From positions 448,001-512,000 of the forward strand of contig OZ245056.1 in assembly GCA_965224705.1 (NCBI GenBank): 64,000 nt of DNA, read 5' to 3'. The notes under the pieces were generated by a model. It was not told the DNA's origin. It made no database searches and was given only the letters and a program-made list of their open reading frames with translations. The position numbers were made by a program, and so were the translations under genes. Positions 20,126-29,952 of the stretch are shown piece by piece. Positions within the stretch are counted from its first letter, which is position 1. Every line of letters begins with the position of its first letter. Origin of the DNA: Spirochaetaceae bacterium (GTDB lineage: Bacteria; Spirochaetota; Spirochaetia; DSM-2461).

Positions 20126-21429
20126 CGGGTAGATTCAAGTACATCCCGCCACAATGAACCTTCACTGTCCACCTTCTTGCGTTTGAAGGTTGCCATGAGA
20201 ATGGGAACATGAACCAGGGCATTATTCCACTGACCAATGATGCAGCCTGTTCGACCGCTCATGGCGGCATGCACTGCATTGGCACCCAACCGGGCACAGT
20301 AGTGGGAATCAACGGGATTAGCCGGTGTCGCACGAATGATGTAACTTGGGTCAATATATTTGATGTTGGCCTCTCCATTACGCCTGACAAGGAATCGGCT
20401 GATTTCATTCTTGAGAAGGACTCCGATGTCACCATAGGTTTTATTGCCCGATGCATCTTTTCCCGACTTCCCATCAGTCAGTAAATTCTGACCTGCACCC
20501 TCGGCAACAAGAATGACGGCATGCTGTCTCCTGTCCAGGCGGTGTCCAAGATTCTCCAACAATCCATTTTTTCCCTTAAGAGAAAAAGGAACCTCCGGTA
20601 TCAGACAGAAATTGACATCGCTGGTGGACAAAGTTGTATGAGCAGCAATGAAACCTGAATCCCTGCCCATAACCTTGACCAGTCCCACACCGGCAACAGA
20701 GCTTTTTGCCTCAACATGGGCAGCACTGACCGCCTCAACAGCCTTGGAAACCGCTGTATCAAATCCAAAGGATTTATGCACGAACATGATATCGTTATCT
20801 ATAGTTTTTGGAATTCCTATACAGGATATTTTCAATCCCCTCTTTGTGATCTCCTCTACAATTTCCAGATTCCCCCGCTGAGTTCCATCTCCGCCGATAG
20901 TGAACAGAATATTGATGTTCAATCGTTCCAGGGCATCCACGATGGGTTCTACTTCTCCATACCCACGGGAAGAACCCAATACGGATCCTCCCAGATTGTG
21001 AATATCATCAACATTGTCCTGGTTCAGCATCATGGGTTCGAAATTGAATTCAGATCGGAATCCTCTGTAGCCATATCTGATGCCATGGATCCGTTTAACA
21101 CTGTAGAAATGCCACAGAGTACGGGTTATCGCTCGAATAACATCATTCAAGCCGGGGCATAAACCGCCGCAGGTTACAATGGCTGTATTCACATGACTCG
21201 GGGTAAAATAGATCATCTCCCGGGGGCCGGCTTCTTCCAGCATCCAGGCAGGATTGTACTCAGACCCTATATTGGAAGCCTCCATTGTATTGGTACGCAT
21301 GATGTATTGATCGTCACGGGTGTAGTTGGCAATGGAATCACCCTGTGTCGTTGAGTACTGTTTGGGCGAATGAATCTTACAGGGACCGAGTTTCTGTATC
21401 CGAAAATCATAGTCCATCTTCTTCAACAT
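20098..21429 (-). CDS. pfkA: ATP-dependent 6-phosphofructokinase (clade X type)
   Basis: CGGLCPGLN, GGDGTQRG, PKTIDND, MGRDSG, YIDPSYIIR. Confidence 0.93.
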   Translation of the reverse strand: MLKKMDYDFRIQKLGPCKIHSPKQYSTTQGDSIANYTRDDQYIMRTNTMEASNIGSEYNPAWMLEEAGPREMIYFTPSHVNTAIVTCGGLCPGLNDVIRAITRTLWHFYSVKRIHGIRYGYRGFRSEFNFEPMMLNQDNVDDIHNLGGSVLGSSRGYGEVEPIVDALERLNINILFTIGGDGTQRGNLEIVEEITKRGLKISCIGIPKTIDNDIMFVHKSFGFDTAVSKAVEAVSAAHVEAKSSVAGVGLVKVMGRDSGFIAAHTTLSTSDVNFCLIPEVPFSLKGKNGLLENLGHRLDRRQHAVILVAEGAGQNLLTDGKSGKDASGNKTYGDIGVLLKNEISRFLVRRNGEANIKYIDPSYIIRATPANPVDSHYCARLGANAVHAAMSGRTGCIIGQWNNALVHVPILMATFKRKKVDSEGSLWRDVLESTRQPIDMNSD

Positions 21430-21623
21430 AACCCTTGATTATACATAGTTCTGAATTTAATACAATGTAAGATGACCTCATTACCTGGATAATCGCATGG
21501 AAAAGATTGAAGATTCAGAAATACGGTCTCCTCCAGCCATATCCATTCGACAAACCGGTGCCCGCAATAAGTCCTGTTTCATTGAAATCCAGAACAATGC
21601 TTCACTGCGCACCATTATGTTGC

Positions 21624-22208
21624 TTATACAGTCTCTGCTATCTTTTGAAACTTCTCGGTAACCAGATCAAAGCCTGTTTGAAAAATCCGTTGATTAATTG
21701 GATTAAATCTCTTGTTTCTTTCTGATACAACTTCATCCAGGGCGGCAAAGAGAGCATCCCTGGTTATCAGAAGTGGTTTAAGGGCCATCAATGCTCCAAG
21801 AGCAACCATATTGGCCCCTTTTTCCGTTCCTTCCTTGAGAGAAAGATCCGTTGCCGGAATGTCTATGAGTCTCAGATCATCTCTGGTTGGTGGACTCTTC
21901 ACCAGGGAAGAATTCCATATGAGGATGCCGCCAGCTCTAATCTTTGGTTCAAATTTCACCAATGATGGCCCATTAAGGGCAATAACAACACTGGGCTGCT
22001 CCACAATCGGTGAAGCAATGCTCTCAGCACTCAATATGACAGAACAATTGGCCGTCCCTCCACGCATTTCCACGCCATATGAAGGGATGTGGGAAACCTG
22101 CCTTCCCTGACGCATGGCCGCAACACATAGAAGCTTGCCAGCCAGTATCACACCCTGACCGCCAAATCCTGCTATGATGATTTCTTCTGTTGGGTAAAGC
22201 TCACTCAT
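21624..22208 (-). CDS. 2-oxoacid:ferredoxin oxidoreductase gamma subunit
   Basis: AGFGGQG, PSYGVEMRGGTANC. Confidence 0.93.
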   Translation of the reverse strand: MSELYPTEEIIIAGFGGQGVILAGKLLCVAAMRQGRQVSHIPSYGVEMRGGTANCSVILSAESIASPIVEQPSVVIALNGPSLVKFEPKIRAGGILIWNSSLVKSPPTRDDLRLIDIPATDLSLKEGTEKGANMVALGALMALKPLLITRDALFAALDEVVSERNKRFNPINQRIFQTGFDLVTEKFQKIAETV

Positions 22209-22987
22209 GAAGCCTTTGCCTTAAGGGCGGCTGCTTCAGCGGGCCTGTCTCGGAAAACTTTGAGAGGGTAATAGGGAACCATTGCATTTTTAACCCAATC
22301 AGCTCCGTCAGAAGGTTTAACACCCCAGTTGGTAGGACACATGGATAGGATTTCAACAAATGAATAACCCTGGCCCTCTTTTTGATAGCGGAGAGCCTTG
22401 ACTATTGCCTTTGCAGCCTTCCTGACAGCGGCCGGATTATGTATGGAAACTCTTTCAATGTAATTTGGAGCTCCCAATGTATTCATGATTTCGCAGGCTC
22501 TGACAGGGAATCCCATGCTATCGGGATTTCGCCCCATTGGAGATGTCAGGGTTTTCTGACCTTCCAGTGTCGTTGGCGCCATCTGTCCGCCCGTCATTCC
22601 ATAGATGGCGTTGTTGACAAAAATAACTGTAATATTTTCTCCGCGGTTGGCTGTATGGATTGTTTCACCCGTCCCAATTGCCAGAAGATCGCCATCTCCC
22701 TGATAGGAAACAACGATTCGATCCGGCAGGGCACGCTTCACACCTGTCGCTACGGCAGGAGTCCGACCGTGGGGAGCTTCAAGCCCATCAACATCAATGT
22801 AATTGTAAAGAAGGACTGAACAGCCAACCGGGGCAATGACAATGGCCTCTTCTCTGACATTTAATTCTTCCAATGCCCCAGCCAGCAGTTTATGTATTAT
22901 TCCATGTCCGCAACCTGCGCAGTAATGCGTACGGACATCCATGAGGGCGTCAGGACGCTTGTATATGGGTAAACTTTTCCTGCTCAT
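22205..22987 (-). CDS. 2-oxoacid:ferredoxin oxidoreductase beta (TPP-binding) subunit
   Basis: YCAGCGHG, QGDGD..NNAIYGMTGGQ. Confidence 0.93.
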   Translation of the reverse strand: MSRKSLPIYKRPDALMDVRTHYCAGCGHGIIHKLLAGALEELNVREEAIVIAPVGCSVLLYNYIDVDGLEAPHGRTPAVATGVKRALPDRIVVSYQGDGDLLAIGTGETIHTANRGENITVIFVNNAIYGMTGGQMAPTTLEGQKTLTSPMGRNPDSMGFPVRACEIMNTLGAPNYIERVSIHNPAAVRKAAKAIVKALRYQKEGQGYSFVEILSMCPTNWGVKPSDGADWVKNAMVPYYPLKVFRDRPAEAAALKAKAS

Positions 22988-24029
22988 ATTTTTCTATCCT
23001 TATCATTATATCCTGCACCGGCAGTATCACACCGCCAGCTCGTCCATAAAAATCAACTTCTACTTCACCGCTAATCGCTAACTGAACATCCTCGACCATC
23101 TGTCCATGACTCATTTCCACGGCAAGAACCCGCCTGCAATGCTGAGCAACTTCAAAAAGTTCCCTGTCGGGGAATGGCCAGAGGCTGGTTGGTCTGAACA
23201 AACCAGCTTTTATTCCTCTCTCCCGGAGTTTATCGACGGCTTTTTCAGCCACACGTGCCGCTGTTCCATAGGCAACGATAAGCCAGTCGGCATCATCGAC
23301 ATGGTGAGTGTCAAAATGACGAACATTTTCTGTGATTCGTGTGTACTTCTTCTGGAGGTTAAGATTGTGCTGTTCCAATGCGCCATCAGGCTTCAAGAGA
23401 AGAGAAGCTACAATATTCTTACGGCGTCCTTTAGCTCCATTGACTATCCACGGCTTCTCAAACTTCTTACCCGAGGGCTGCGGCAGTATCACGGGTTCGG
23501 ACATCTGCCCAAGGTAGCCATCCGCAAGAATAATAACCGGAATCCGGTACTCATCGGCCAGATCAAAGGCGTGAACAGTGAAATCCGCAAGTTCCTGGGC
23601 ATTGCCTGGTGCCAGAACAATGGTTCTATAGTCTCCATGTCCTCCTCCGCGAGTAGCCTGAAAATAATCACTCTGTGCACCGGAAATTCCCCCCAGTCCG
23701 GGTCCACCCCTCATGATGTTGGCAATAACACAGGGGATTTCCGCACCAGCCATGTAGGAAATAGCTTCCTGCTTGAGGGATATCCCCGGTGAGGATGATG
23801 AGGTCATGGAACGGCCACCGGCAGCAGCCGACCCCAGAACCATTGATGCGGCGGCCAATTCGCTTTCAGCCTGTATGAATGTGCCGTTAACTCGGGGCAT
23901 GTGTTCGGCCATGTAGGCAACAACTTCATTCTGCGGAGTTATCGGATAGGCATAATAGTGTCGGCAGCCAGCAATTATAGCCGCCTCTGCCATGGCTTCA
24001 TTACCCTTCATCAAAACATGTTCCGCCAT
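22950..24029 (-). CDS. vorB: 2-oxoacid:ferredoxin oxidoreductase alpha subunit (VorB-like)
   Basis: GNEA, YPITPQNE, QAESE, TSSSSPGISLK, RGGPGLG. Confidence 0.9.
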   Translation of the reverse strand: MAEHVLMKGNEAMAEAAIIAGCRHYYAYPITPQNEVVAYMAEHMPRVNGTFIQAESELAAASMVLGSAAAGGRSMTSSSSPGISLKQEAISYMAGAEIPCVIANIMRGGPGLGGISGAQSDYFQATRGGGHGDYRTIVLAPGNAQELADFTVHAFDLADEYRIPVIILADGYLGQMSEPVILPQPSGKKFEKPWIVNGAKGRRKNIVASLLLKPDGALEQHNLNLQKKYTRITENVRHFDTHHVDDADWLIVAYGTAARVAEKAVDKLRERGIKAGLFRPTSLWPFPDRELFEVAQHCRRVLAVEMSHGQMVEDVQLAISGEVEVDFYGRAGGVILPVQDIMIRIEKYEQEKFTHIQAS

Positions 24030-24253
24030 TAAACTGCCTCCTTGATTTCAAATACATCGATAGCTGCATCCGGACACATGAGGGCACAGGCACCACAGGC
24101 AATGCATTGGGATTTATCGACACAGGTAGTATAATAGGCCCCAAAGCTATTGATATCTGTTCCCATTTCCAAAATCTTCCTGGGACAATTCTCAATACAA
24201 AGACCGCATCCCTTACATCTTTCTTTATCTATTACAGGAAAACCCTGTTTCAT
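24029..24253 (-). CDS. 2[4Fe-4S] ferredoxin (delta subunit)
   Basis: Two CxxCxxCxxxCP motifs. Confidence 0.93.
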   Translation of the reverse strand: MKQGFPVIDKERCKGCGLCIENCPRKILEMGTDINSFGAYYTTCVDKSQCIACGACALMCPDAAIDVFEIKEAV

Positions 24254-24867
24254 ATGTTCCCCCTTCATCATCAGATTGATTTAAGACTAGTCGGGCAGAA
24301 TGAACTTGGCAAGGTCGTTTTTCTATCGAAAAATGAATAAAATTTAAGTTTTCCACACTATCAGCCTGTATATTCAGCCTGGCAGATACATACTAGTGCA
24401 TGAGAACTATATACCCCTGGTCAATAATGGAGAGGGAAAACAACGGAGCAGGGGAATTTTCCTCATTCTTCGTTAATTGGTAACATTATACTGCATATAT
24501 CTCAGGGAGGTGATGAAGTAACGTTCCTGAAGTCTGTCGGATTTTGAGGTGTACTCCCCGTTGCGTCAATATAGAATTTACTCCTGGCAGAGGCCATCAT
24601 CATTGAATTCTCTGCTTCCTTTTGGGTGAGGTGCCATTGGCGAACAATGCAACCCGCTACTGACGGTGTGTGCGGTGATTGGGGATGGCCACAAGAGGGC
24701 CTGGAGTGGAACGGCAAGTTTGAAGGTGTTTCAACCGTCACATAGTGCCATGGGGTGGTTCCATAATACGAAGAGGATAACCTCTGAATGAGGACTGGCG
24801 CCGCGGCTACAGACAATGTACACGATGATGAAAACAATGGAGAATAACGAAGAATCAGGAGTTATAG

Positions 24868-26409
24868 ATGACAAGCAATCAACAACGTGAGGCACTGCAG
24901 CAGCAGATCTGGAAAATTGCCAATGATGTACGGGGTGCGGTAGATGGCTGGGATTTTAAGCAATATGTACTCGGTACCCTGTTCTATCGTTTTATCAGTG
25001 AGAATTTTTCCGGCTACTTTGAAGCCAATGATGAGAGCATTCACTATGCGGAACTGGACGATGGGGTGATCACTCCGGAAATCAAAGATGATGCCGTTAA
25101 AACCAAAGGCTACTTCATCTATCCCAGTGAACTGTTTGCTAATATTGCCAAAGGCGCGAATACCAACGACAGCCTGAATACCGACCTTGCCGCCATCTTT
25201 ACCGCCATCGAAAGCTCTGCCAGCGGTTACCCGTCGGAAGCGGATATAAAGGGACTGTTTGCCGATTTTGATACCACCAGCAACCGCCTCGGCAATACCG
25301 TTATCGACAAGAACATCCGTCTGGCCGCCGTGCTCAAAGGGGTGGCCGGGCTTGATTTCGGTGATTTTCACGGCAGCCAGATCGACCTCTTCGGTGATGC
25401 CTACGAGTTCCTCATTTCAAACTACGCCGCCAATGCCGGTAAATCCGGCGGTGAATTCTTCACTCCCCAGCATGTTTCCAAACTGATCGCCCAACTGGCG
25501 ATGCACAAGCAAACCAGCGTCAACAAAATATACGACCCCGCATGCGGCTCTGGCTCCCTGCTGCTGCAATCCAAGAAACACTTCGACGCCCATGTAATAG
25601 AAGACGGCTTCTTTGGTCAGGAGATCAACCACACAACTTACAACCTGGCGCGGATGAACATGTTTTTACACAACATCAACTACGACAAGTTCAATATCCA
25701 ACTGGGCGACACTCTGATCAAACCCCATTTCGGAAACGATAAACCTTTTGATGCCATCGTTTCCAATCCGCCTTACTCGGTAAAGTGGATCGGCAGCGAC
25801 GATCCAACCCTGATTAACGATGAACGCTTTGCCCCGGCCTCTGTGCTTGCTCCCAAATCCAAGGCCGACTTTGCCTTTGTACTGCATGCGCTGAACTACC
25901 TTTCCAGCAAAGGCCGCGCGGCGATTGTTTGCTTCCCCGGTATCTTTTACCGCGGCGGTGCCGAAAAAAGAATCCGCCAGTATCTGGTGGATAAAAACTA
26001 TGTGGAGACCGTGATCTCTCTGGCACCCAATCTGTTTTACGGAACCAGCATCGCCGTCAACATTCTGGTGCTTTCCAGGCATAAATCCGACACCACAACC
26101 CAGTTTATCGATGCCAGCGAGCTGTTCAGGAAAGAAACCAATAACAATGTGCTGACTATTGAGCATATTGAGCAGATCATGAAGGCGTTTGATAGCAAAG
26201 AGAAGGTGGATCACTTTGCTGAATCCGTAGACAACGAGAAGATCGCTGCCAACGACTATAACCTCTCCGTCTCCAGTTATGTGGAAGCTAAAGACACTCG
26301 GGAAGTGATTGATATTGCCCAGCTCAATGCCGAGCTGAAAACCACCGTGGAAAAGATTGACCGGTTGCGCAGTGATATTGATGCCATTGTTGCGGAGATT
26401 GAAGCATGA
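24868..26409 (+). CDS. hsdM: Type I R-M methyltransferase subunit (type IC-like)
   Basis: [27 protein letters not shown]. Confidence 0.97.
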   Translation: MTSNQQREALQQQIWKIANDVRGAVDGWDFKQYVLGTLFYRFISENFSGYFEANDESIHYAELDDGVITPEIKDDAVKTKGYFIYPSELFANIAKGANTNDSLNTDLAAIFTAIESSASGYPSEADIKGLFADFDTTSNRLGNTVIDKNIRLAAVLKGVAGLDFGDFHGSQIDLFGDAYEFLISNYAANAGKSGGEFFTPQHVSKLIAQLAMHKQTSVNKIYDPACGSGSLLLQSKKHFDAHVIEDGFFGQEINHTTYNLARMNMFLHNINYDKFNIQLGDTLIKPHFGNDKPFDAIVSNPPYSVKWIGSDDPTLINDERFAPASVLAPKSKADFAFVLHALNYLSSKGRAAIVCFPGIFYRGGAEKRIRQYLVDKNYVETVISLAPNLFYGTSIAVNILVLSRHKSDTTTQFIDASELFRKETNNNVLTIEHIEQIMKAFDSKEKVDHFAESVDNEKIAANDYNLSVSSYVEAKDTREVIDIAQLNAELKTTVEKIDRLRSDIDAIVAEIEA

Positions 26410-27077
26410 GTGATATGATTATTTACACGACCGATGATGGTGCGACCAAGATTGATCTGCGTCTGGAGGGTGGCACGGTCTGGTTGTCGCAGCTGCAAAT
26501 TGCCGAACTGTTTCAAACCACCAAGCAAAACATCAGCAAGCATATTCAGGCTATTTATGATGACCATGAACTCGACGAGCAGACAACTGTCAACCAACAG
26601 TTGACAGTTCAAAAAGAAGGCAATCGCGAAGTTTCCCGTACCATCAGCGAAGTGATTTATTTGCGAGTGGACAGCGACAAACCCTTTGCCGGACTCAGCA
26701 ACTTTGAAGGCAGCCAGCCCACTCAGGCCGAAGCCATGATTGCCAAAAACTACCTCAGCGAACAGGAGCTGCGGGTGCTCAATAATCTCGTGTCGGCCTA
26801 TTTTGATCTCGCCGAACTCAACGCCATTGAACAGCGCGGGATGTGTATGGCCGATTATGTACGGGAACTGGACACCATTCTTAGCTCAACTAATAGAAAT
26901 CTGCTGGATAACGCAGGCTCCATCTCAAGCAATAAGGCCAAAGAAAAGGCCAAGCTCGAATATAGAAAATACAAAGCTAAAACACTTGATAAAGTTGAAA
27001 AAGACTACCTGAAAACCATTACAGCATTAGAGAAACAGGCCAGGAAAAAGATCCGCAAAAAAGGCGGTGAGGTGTGA
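26406..27077 (+). pseudogene. rhuM: RhuM-family protein with in-frame internal deletion
   Basis: TVWLSQLQIAELF..EGNREVSRTI is joined directly to SEVIYLRVDSDKP..IAKNYL; the conserved central YNLD/GYRV/QFR block is absent. Confidence 0.75.
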
Positions 27078-27748
27078 GTAAGGAACCACAGATGGACACG
27101 GATACACACAGATTGCATCCTTTTATGGAAAAGCTGCTGGATGGGGCTGGGGTGGAGTGGAAGGCGTTAAGAGATGTCTTGCTGAAAGTGGAGAATGTAA
27201 ACTGGTTAAAGGCCAACAGGACATTTAAGTATATTGATTTGTCATCGGTTGACAGAGCATTACATATAGTTACTGAAACAATAGATGTTGATTCAGCTAA
27301 CCATCCTAGCCGAGCTCAACAAATTGTGAAAAAGCGAGATGTTATTTTTGGAACGACGAGGCCGATGTTAAATCGTTTCGCCGTGATTAATGACGAATTA
27401 GATGGCGAAATCGCAAGCACAGGGTTTGCAGTTCTGAGACCAAATAAAAGCATAATCCTCTCCAAGTTTTTATATTTCTCTCTTACTGCTCGCGATTTCA
27501 TGAACTATGTTGATCAAAATCAGAAAGGTGCTGGATATCCGGCTATTTCAGATTCAGTAGTCAAAAAGTATCTAATTCCCATCCCCTGCCCGGAGAACCC
27601 GGAAAAATCGCTGAAAATTCAGGCGGAAATCGTCCGTATTCTGGACGCGTTCACCGAGCTTAACACCGAGCTTACCACCCGCAGAAAGCAGTATGAGTAC
27701 TATCGTGATCTGTTGTTGAGTTTCCCCAAGCCGGAGGAAGCATCATGA
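27074..27748 (+). CDS. hsdS: Half-length type IC specificity subunit (single TRD)
   Basis: FMEKLLDGAGVEWK, one TRD, then IPIP..Q.EIVRILDAFTEL..RRKQYEYYRDLLLSF; 224 aa. Confidence 0.88.
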   Translation: MSKEPQMDTDTHRLHPFMEKLLDGAGVEWKALRDVLLKVENVNWLKANRTFKYIDLSSVDRALHIVTETIDVDSANHPSRAQQIVKKRDVIFGTTRPMLNRFAVINDELDGEIASTGFAVLRPNKSIILSKFLYFSLTARDFMNYVDQNQKGAGYPAISDSVVKKYLIPIPCPENPEKSLKIQAEIVRILDAFTELNTELTTRRKQYEYYRDLLLSFPKPEEAS

Positions 27749-27972
27749 GTTTCTCACGCGAAGGCGCGAAGCCGCGAAGAGATATCAAGGAAATTGCCTG
27801 CATCGTGGTGGATACCGCCTTCCAGCTGCACAAGGATTTAGGTACTGGACTGCTGGAATCTGTATATGAGGGTGCCTCGCTGATCAAAGACGGGCTGAAG
27901 CGCGTGGTCAACCATCACACCAACTTCGCGTCTTCGCGCCTTCGCGTGCACCAAAAAGGCGGGGCACAATGA
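27745..27972 (+). pseudogene. GxxExxY protein, internally deleted in frame
   Basis: LHKDLGTGLLESVYE is fused to the C-terminal GASLIKDGLKRVVN. Confidence 0.8.
27755..27948. repeat. 25-bp inverted repeat pair bracketing a GxxExxY gene (class A)
   Basis: cacgcgaaggcgcgaagccgcgaag 27755-27779 versus cttcgcgtcttcgcgccttcgcgtg 27924-27948; 24/25 complementary. Confidence 0.9.
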
Positions 27973-28019
27973 ATCAGACGCTAACAGACATCGGCTATTG
28001 GCAGGAGGAAGCATCATGA
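27969..28019 (+). pseudogene. 16-codon scar, probably the fused termini of a PrrC-like anticodon nuclease gene
   Basis: MNQTLTDI-GYWQEEAS*, with ATGA overlaps at both ends, lying between hsdS and hsdR. Confidence 0.5.
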
Positions 28020-28087
28020 GTTTCTCACGTGAAGGCGCGAAGCCGCAAAGAAATATTGAGGAAATTGTCCGTATTGTGGTGGATACG
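28016..28087 (+). pseudogene. 5' part of a second GxxExxY gene, interrupted by an insertion
   Basis: Near-copy of 27745-27816 (MSFSREGAKPQRNIEEIVRIVVDT), then similarity stops abruptly. Confidence 0.8.
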
Positions 28088-28482
28088 TTGACTTAACTTG
28101 TGTGACAACTACTTTGGCACAGCGCGAGATATTCATAACCCTGACAGATTCCGAAGATTCTCTGTTTCAGAAGAGCACCCAGGTTATGTGTATTTTTTTC
28201 CTGATTTTTTTATCAGTGAAGAAATCTGACCGCTTTTCGATAATCCTGTACTTCTGCTCAACCTGCTGGAACAGAAGAAATCCGGCATCGGAGCTGTTGC
28301 CCTTGCCGTCATTCTTTGCAATGGTTTTGCGGGATTTTCCGATTTTCAGCCCTTGCAATTCGAACTGATAGGCTTTACACTCTGTAGTAGCAAAGCGGGC
28401 TTCTTTCTGTTTGGTATTTCTTTTCATGTAAATATTTTGACAGGGAAGCCTGCTTTGCATCAGGGTATTGATGAGAAATAGG
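28088..28482 (-). mobile_element. IS1380-family remnant (left end and transposase 5' fragment)
   Basis: TEC..QFELQGL..DGKGNSSDAGFLL..FTD; ends in gatgagaaatagg; about 150 bp similar to 31120-31270. Confidence 0.75.
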
Positions 28483-28484
28483 GG

Positions 28485-28738
28485 TTAAGGGGTGATGATA
28501 AGAAGATGGTTCAGGCGTTTATTGACTCCAAAGAACTGCCGGATCTGGTGGATAACAGTTTTACTCAGACACTGAAAACGATTCTCGCAGGGTTATAAAA
28601 AAGGCTGATCTGTTGACAAAGCTTTCCGCTCTAGGACCAGCAGCACCGGATGACTTTAAGAGAGTTCTTGGTGCCTATGTTGATGAACTGGCAAAGGGGA
28701 AAGACCCAGCCAAAGTCAGACTGGTAATGGAAGGATAG
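28485..28738 (+). pseudogene. Frameshifted 3' remnant of a DUF6079-like (type 3 BREX ATPase) gene
   Basis: [22 protein letters not shown], then shifted frame ..YVDELAKGKDPAKVRLVME*; family recognised from recall. Confidence 0.6.
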
Positions 28739-28743
28739 CAGAC

Positions 28744-29952
28744 ATGAAAAGATATACAGATGAAGAACTGTTACTTTTGCTCAATGACACTGAGTCAGAT
28801 CGTGTTGAACGTAAACAGTCGTTCAAGGGCGACACGCCTAAAAAGGCCAGACAAGCTGTTTGCGCATTTGCCAATGATCTTCCCAACCATAATGAACCAG
28901 GCATTTTATTTATTGGAGCAGTCGATGACGGGACTCCATCGCAGGAACAGATTACAGACCAAATGCTGCTATCTCTGTCAGATATTAAAACAGACGGGAA
29001 TATTTTACCGTTACCTGCAATGTCAGTAGAAAAACGAAATCTGAAAGGGGCAGAGATGGCTGTTGTGACCGTCATGCCGTCTGACATGCCTCCAGTAAAA
29101 TATGGTGGTCGAATATGGATTCGGACTGGCCCTCGCCGGGCAGTCGCAAATGAGCAGGAAGAACGAATTCTTAACGAAAAACGCAGGCACAAAAATCTGC
29201 CATTTGATATCTATCCATTCCCTTCAGCCAAACTCAGGGATCTATCTCAAACGATCTTCGAAAATGAATATTTGCCTACGGCTTTTGCGAGCGATGTGTT
29301 GGAAGCCAATGAACGCTCCTATGAGGAACGTTTAGCATCCTGCAAAATGATTACGCCTCCGGAAGATACTACACCTACGGTATTGGGTTTACTTGCCATA
29401 GGCAAAAGTCCTCAGGACTTTCTACCCGGCGCTTTTAGTCAGTTTTTACGCATTGACGGAACTGAACTCGCCGACCCGGTGATTGATGAAGAAGAGATCC
29501 GAGGTACTGTAGTCGACATCCTTCGGCGCACAGAAGAGAAATTAAAAGCACATAACCGAACCGGTGTGGATATCACATCGGCCGCAACGCATCAGAAAGT
29601 TCAGCCCTATCCTATAGCCGCCATACGACAGATTCTATACAATGCCGTACTGCATCGCTGTTATGAAGGCACCAATGCGCCCATTCGAGTCTATTGGTTT
29701 AACGACCGGATAGAGATTAGCAGCCCGGGTGGTCCTTATGGCAATGTTACCCCAGAAAACTTTGGCGAACCTGGTATTACAGATTATCGAAACCCGAATA
29801 TAGCCGATGTTCTCAAAACGTTTGGTTACATTCAGGCCTTTGGACGGGGTATTGCAACTGCACGCCGTGAAATGAATAAGAATGGAAATCCGAAGCTGGA
29901 GTTTACCGTCAATTCAAGCACTGTTCTTTGCACCCTTAGGGGGAAACAATGA
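28744..29952 (+). CDS. AlbA_2/Schlafen-like domain plus HATPase_c_4 (RecG C-terminal-like) protein
   Basis: ESDRVERK, VCAFAN..G.LFIGAVDDG; AIRQILYNAVLHRCY, IEISSPGG, YRNPNIA, FGRGI. Confidence 0.85.
   Translation: MKRYTDEELLLLLNDTESDRVERKQSFKGDTPKKARQAVCAFANDLPNHNEPGILFIGAVDDGTPSQEQITDQMLLSLSDIKTDGNILPLPAMSVEKRNLKGAEMAVVTVMPSDMPPVKYGGRIWIRTGPRRAVANEQEERILNEKRRHKNLPFDIYPFPSAKLRDLSQTIFENEYLPTAFASDVLEANERSYEERLASCKMITPPEDTTPTVLGLLAIGKSPQDFLPGAFSQFLRIDGTELADPVIDEEEIRGTVVDILRRTEEKLKAHNRTGVDITSAATHQKVQPYPIAAIRQILYNAVLHRCYEGTNAPIRVYWFNDRIEISSPGGPYGNVTPENFGEPGITDYRNPNIADVLKTFGYIQAFGRGIATARREMNKNGNPKLEFTVNSSTVLCTLRGKQ

Noticed and set aside
24502..24850. Possible gene or ncRNA upstream of hsdM
   Set aside because: No convincing ORF or RNA motif; probably a degraded remnant at the island edge.
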